DNA of 40,808 nucleotides from positions 1-40,808 of the forward strand of contig CAJZJP010000001.1 of NCBI GenBank assembly GCA_916050095.1. Direction: 5' to 3'. Below the pieces are notes generated by a model. The model did not search any database, was not told the origin of the DNA, and saw only the letters and a program-made list of their open reading frames with translations. Numbering within the stretch: the stretch's first letter is position 1; the number at the start of each line of letters is the position of its first letter. Shown piece after piece: positions 36,588 to 40,808 of the stretch. This DNA comes from an uncultured Atopobium sp. Its GTDB lineage: Bacteria > Actinomycetota > Coriobacteriia > Coriobacteriales > Atopobiaceae. A program made the translations under genes and the position numbers.

Positions 36588-37550
36588 TTACGCAAGGAAC
36601 TCAGGCGAGATCCCCGACGAATAATATACGCGATTATCAGTGGTTACTATGAGTGTCTCGATACCTTTTTCTTGTTCCACGCGGGCAAGGAGCTGACGGG
36701 GTTTCTCGCCATAAAGGCGTGTGGTCCAAATTTCTCCGTCAAGCGAGTTATCCGAGATAATCGTGATGCTTGCAAGTTGCGTTTCAACCGGATAGCCGGT
36801 CTTGCGGTCAAGAATGTGGTGGTAGGTACGCCCCTTTACCTGCAGTTTCCTTTCGTAGGTGCCGGAGGTCACCACGGACTGGTTGCAAATAGGCAGCACA
36901 GCAAGGTTGGTGCCTCGTGGTTGTCGCGGATCCTGGATGCCAATCTGCCACGGTCTGTCCGCGAGCACATTGTCGCCAATTGTCTTTATGTTACCGCCAA
37001 GGTTGATAAGTGCGGAATCAACGTGCTGACTTTTCAGATAATCTGCAATTTTGTCGGCAATGTAGCCTTTGGCCAAGCACCCCAGGTCCAGCTTCATGCC
37101 CTCTTTGGCGAGAAACACGGTGCAGCTCAGAGGATCCAATTCAATGAATTGTGGATCAGTAAGCGACAGCGCGTGCGTGACCTCGGCGTTATTTGGAATG
37201 CGAGCGTCAGAAAAGCCGATTCGCCAGGTTTGTACCAAAGGGCCAAGTGCAATGTTTAAATAACTTGCAGGTATAAGGCTTTGTTCTTTGCCAATCTGAA
37301 TGAGCTCAAACAGCTCGGGGTCAACGGGGACAGGATGTTTGCCTGCTGCATGATTGACCTGCATAAGCTCGGAATTGGCGTCATTTGCACTAAACCGCTG
37401 GTTATAGATGTTAAGGAGTTCAAAGACATCGTCAAGTAGCTGTTCTGCAGTGTACTCTTCCTGCGAATCATTGGAGGGTGGCAATAAAGAAATGGTGATA
37501 GTCGCGCCCATCAGGTGAGTTGATCTGGAAATGTAGGCTCGTTCTGGCAC
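36588..37550 (-). CDS. apbE: FAD:protein FMN transferase, cytoplasmic type (no signal peptide or lipobox)
   Basis: LMGATI, FSANDANSEL, LDLGCLAKGYIAD, INLGGN, WQIGIQDP, VVTSGTYER, YHHILDRKTGYP; GTG start after AGGAG. Confidence 0.93.
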   Translation of the reverse strand: MPERAYISRSTHLMGATITISLLPPSNDSQEEYTAEQLLDDVFELLNIYNQRFSANDANSELMQVNHAAGKHPVPVDPELFELIQIGKEQSLIPASYLNIALGPLVQTWRIGFSDARIPNNAEVTHALSLTDPQFIELDPLSCTVFLAKEGMKLDLGCLAKGYIADKIADYLKSQHVDSALINLGGNIKTIGDNVLADRPWQIGIQDPRQPRGTNLAVLPICNQSVVTSGTYERKLQVKGRTYHHILDRKTGYPVETQLASITIISDNSLDGEIWTTRLYGEKPRQLLARVEQEKGIETLIVTTDNRVYYSSGISPEFLA

Positions 37551-37736
37551 GACTCTCCTATAGTGTCTAACAGCAGTTTGTTTAATTTTATCTGCAGATT
37601 GCTTAGCAGTAACTCTATTTTACGTTTGTTTATTACGATCATTTGTTGTATCCACAACATTTTGGCGAGAAACCCTACGGTTTTGGCAGCTCGCTGAAGA
37701 CCACCTCTGAAATCAAAGCTCAGATGTCCTTAAACT

Positions 37737-37822
37737 CAAAGTGAAGACCGCTCTCAGCCCCAAAAGTGAAGACCGCTCTCAGCCCCAAAAGTGAAGACCG
37801 CTCCCAGCCTCAAAAGTGAAGA
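37737..37822. repeat. 25-bp tandem repeat, about 3.3 copies (VNTR-like)
   Basis: GTGAAGACCGCTCTCAGCCCCAAAA at 37741 and 37766, variant at 37791, partial at 37816; degenerate TGAAGACCAC at 37695. Confidence 0.92.
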
Positions 37823-38223
37823 AAACTATGGAGTTAATTTGATTATTTATTCATAGGGATGTCTGTTTATTGTTGATATGTACTTATTCCAGTATCATTT
37901 TTTCAGAAAGTACTGACCGAAGAATTGTTTTTGACTGACGCGTATACGCCAGCCAATTTTTTTAAAGGAGCATGAAGGAAATGGAAAATAGGATGGCGTG
38001 GTGTGAGCGTTTTTCTCGCCAGGAGTAATGAAGTTAAATCTACGCACTTTGTAGCATTAATTGAGCGCAATTTAGTCAGTTTTCAAAGTCTTTGTCCAAG
38101 ATTGAAATAAAAAAATTTATTTGAACACGATATTTCTTTAAATATTTTGTCAAAAACCATTAGTATGTTTAGTGGAGCTTTATATATCTCCAGGGGTATG
38201 TTCGATAGGAAAGATGGGGTGAT

Positions 38224-40808
38224 ATGAGCAACTTTAAGAAGTCGTTTGCAACTATGTTTGCAGCAATAATGATGCTCACCGGTATCATTATTTTAGGTAC
38301 AAGCACTGTTGCAAAGGCAGTGACCTATCCGTTAACACAAAACATTGATTTTGGCGCTGACGGAGAGCTTACTGTTAACCTTAAGCCCACTTCACCCACA
38401 ACCGTTAAGGGCAATGCAAACATCTCTACAGGTATCGAGATTGACGCAACTGGCCTTCATAAGCCAATCGACGGTCTTTACCTGGAGATTGAGGTAAACA
38501 CCAAGCAGTCCTCTACGGATATCAACAATACCAACAACATTACTCCTGATACCTACCTTGATAACTTTGCTACTCCAGCAGCAGCTACACAGCCTATTGT
38601 CAAGCGCGAGGAGACCATCGTTACCCCTGATGGTAGGACCATTAAGCGCCTGTACCTCAATACTATCGATACCACCGTTAAGCTGGAGCTCCCTTACGTT
38701 ATGAGCTTCAGAGACATGGTTACCCCAGCAGATTTCCAGCTCAAGCCAGTTGTTCGTGTGTACAATGCGGACGGCACCGAGCTTGCTAACATGCCAGATC
38801 AGACCTATTCCATCACTTACGACAAACCTTGGCTCATGAAGCAGGTTGCAGGTGAAGAAACCAACGACCAGCTCCTGTACGGTGGTATTAACGCCCCAGG
38901 TGATTCGTCCGCGCTTTCCAACGATAAAACTGCAGACGTCATCTTCAGCTTTAGGCTTTACCAGTACTATCGTGCTTATCGCTCCATCATCATCACCGAT
39001 ACCCTTCCTACGTACGTAAATGCAGCAGGTCAAACCGTTACCGCTCACTTTGACCCAGCTAAGAACCCTAACTGGACACTCGGCCCAGATGGACGTACCG
39101 TAACCCTCAAATTTGATATTCCTGCAGGAACCACCGTTCTCAATGACTACATCAGAGATAACCTTCCTGGATATTCCCAGCTCAAGCTTTCTTTCCCAGG
39201 CGCTCGCTACCTCGATGGCACTAATCGCGTAATCTTCAACAACACAGCTACTCTTCAGGGCATCCCTTACAACCCAAGTGCAGCAGAAGAGACCGTGGGT
39301 CAGGTTCCTGGCAACGAGCACAACTTTGATGACGACTCTAAACAGTTCCGTCTTGCTGGTAATGATTTCAGCGGCAACGGTATGCTCAGCAAGCGCGGTC
39401 CCGTTACCATCCAGTACGACAAGAACGGTCTTGCTGTTAAGAAGCTTGATTACACCATCAAGTTGGTCAACAAGCTGGACGCCCCACTCACCGACATCGA
39501 GTTCATCGAGGATGTTGCCAACACCGACAACCGCCTCTTCATGACTGCGCTGACCGGCAACCTTATTGCAGTTGGCCAGCGAGTCGGACTCAACATGGAT
39601 CAAATCGAGGTCCGCGGCTACAAGGCTGACGGCAGCTATGACATCATTCCTACCAAGAAGAACGGTGCAAACTGGCTTTACCGTGCTGACATGAACTCGG
39701 CAAGCCAGCAGCAGCTGCAGTCCTATCTGGACCAGATCAACCAGGGTACGCTTGATCCATCCAATGCTTCCGCTGTGTCTCCTCAGTACAGGAAGATTGG
39801 TATTTACTTCAAGAACGTAACCCTGCAGCCAACCAGCAACATTGATTTCAACATCCAGATGATGTTCATGAATCCATTTGGCGAGGTTTACAGCGATAGG
39901 CCTATCACCAACATTATCAAGGTCAACGCCAACAAAGTTAATACCGACGGTACCAAGACCCCAATGAACTTCTCCGCAAATTGGGATACTCGCTTTACTC
40001 CATTTAGCGAGAAGGTCTGGCTGTCCAAGTCCTCTTGGTACCAGCGCGTTGGTATGCCAAACGAGCGCTTCAGTGCTCGCTTTGGCTTTGCACTGTCAGA
40101 GCTTTCACCTGCTCGTTATTTGAAGAATCCAACCTTCGTCGACCTTCTCCCTGCTGGCGTTTCTTATGACGAGAATACCTCTGTTTCAGTGATTGCTGAC
40201 TCGCTGCAGCCTGAGAAGGTTGAGTACATCAGGAACTACAACGAGACTGGACGCAATGCAATTAAGATTACCCTTCCATCTGGATACGTGTATCAGTATG
40301 GAACCATGGGTTATGAGATTAGGAACCTGGTAATCAACGACGACATCATTCCTTCTAAGGCCGAGAATGACGTTCTGAACAACAATAATGACGTCTACTT
40401 CTACGCCACAAACTGGACTCACGGAACACCAGATGATTTCTCTGGTATGTACAACGCCAGTAACTTTGTCAAGGATGACCTTGACATCAATATGAATGGT
40501 GTCACTGATGAGACTATTCTGAAGGCAACCGCAAAGGTTCTTGGCAACAACGTTGAGAGTATCCAGTCCGACAAGCACATCCGTAGTCTTGAGCCAAACA
40601 TCGCTGGCGGCGGTACATTCTACGGTAGGGCATTTACCTCGGCTACTATCATGACTGACTTTGCTGGCGTCACCGATACCAGCGGACTCTTCCAGTATCG
40701 TCTGAGCATTCGTAACTACTACAACACGCCAATGAATAAGATCCTTATGTACGACGTGTTGCCATATGTGGGCGACGGCAGAAACTCTGCTTTCAGCAAT
40801 ACACTTCA
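38224..40808 (+). CDS. Large secreted/surface adhesin-like protein with Ig-like (CnaB/DUF11-type) domains; 3' end beyond window
   Basis: Hand-translated frame open from ATG 38224 to window end (>=861 codons); signal peptide MSNFKKSFATMFAAIMMLTGIIILGTSTVAKA; recurring IITDTLP / FVDLLPAGV / MYDVLPYVG; absent from ORF track because it has no stop. Confidence 0.88.
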   Translation, partial: MSNFKKSFATMFAAIMMLTGIIILGTSTVAKAVTYPLTQNIDFGADGELTVNLKPTSPTTVKGNANISTGIEIDATGLHKPIDGLYLEIEVNTKQSSTDINNTNNITPDTYLDNFATPAAATQPIVKREETIVTPDGRTIKRLYLNTIDTTVKLELPYVMSFRDMVTPADFQLKPVVRVYNADGTELANMPDQTYSITYDKPWLMKQVAGEETNDQLLYGGINAPGDSSALSNDKTADVIFSFRLYQYYRAYRSIIITDTLPTYVNAAGQTVTAHFDPAKNPNWTLGPDGRTVTLKFDIPAGTTVLNDYIRDNLPGYSQLKLSFPGARYLDGTNRVIFNNTATLQGIPYNPSAAEETVGQVPGNEHNFDDDSKQFRLAGNDFSGNGMLSKRGPVTIQYDKNGLAVKKLDYTIKLVNKLDAPLTDIEFIEDVANTDNRLFMTALTGNLIAVGQRVGLNMDQIEVRGYKADGSYDIIPTKKNGANWLYRADMNSASQQQLQSYLDQINQGTLDPSNASAVSPQYRKIGIYFKNVTLQPTSNIDFNIQMMFMNPFGEVYSDRPITNIIKVNANKVNTDGTKTPMNFSANWDTRFTPFSEKVWLSKSSWYQRVGMPNERFSARFGFALSELSPARYLKNPTFVDLLPAGVSYDENTSVSVIADSLQPEKVEYIRNYNETGRNAIKITLPSGYVYQYGTMGYEIRNLVINDDIIPSKAENDVLNNNNDVYFYATNWTHGTPDDFSGMYNASNFVKDDLDINMNGVTDETILKATAKVLGNNVESIQSDKHIRSLEPNIAGGGTFYGRAFTSATIMTDFAGVTDTSGLFQYRLSIRNYYNTPMNKILMYDVLPYVGDGRNSAFSNTL

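Noticed and set aside
37737..37822. CRISPR array
   Set aside because: Repeats are head-to-tail with no unique spacers; no cas genes in the window
37972..38054. Tiny ORFs upstream of the adhesin (MKEMENRMAWCERFSRQE; MKLNLRTL)
   Set aside because: RBS-like sequences are present but spacing is inconsistent and there is no other support
38392..39603. 403-aa minus-strand ORF
   Set aside because: Antisense shadow of the adhesin reading frame; no recognisable motifs

Overview
Bacterial window, probably from a host-associated anaerobe. A Coriobacteriia (Atopobium/Lancefieldella-like) origin is only an inference from the Tat-lipoprotein ModA and codon style. After a GH2 glycosidase (237-2180), a ~32-kb block (2386-34661) encodes a self-contained anaerobic purine/uric-acid catabolic system: NCS2 permease, YheO-type PAS-HTH regulator, ssnA, ygfK, selenium-dependent xanthine-dehydrogenase-family enzyme, dpaL/ygeX, ygeY, ygeW, carbamate kinase, hyuA, ridA and an extra M20 hydrolase. 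It also carries selenium-handling genes (yqeC, yedF, cysteine desulfurase-like, DUF3343, yqeB, selD), mocA, xdhC, modABC and Moco genes with no moaD/moaE. Convergent with it is a three-gene operon: a signal-less ApbE flavin transferase and two NAD(P)H:FMN reductases, the last with a PAS domain and a C-terminal ApbE flavinylation motif (VDAISGASA). A 25-bp tandem repeat follows, then a large secreted adhesin-like ORF absent from the ORF track that runs off the window. The strongest novel-looking signals are the cytosolic flavinylation module and a recurring tandem 17-bp palindromic operator at up to five promoters of the purine/selenium block.
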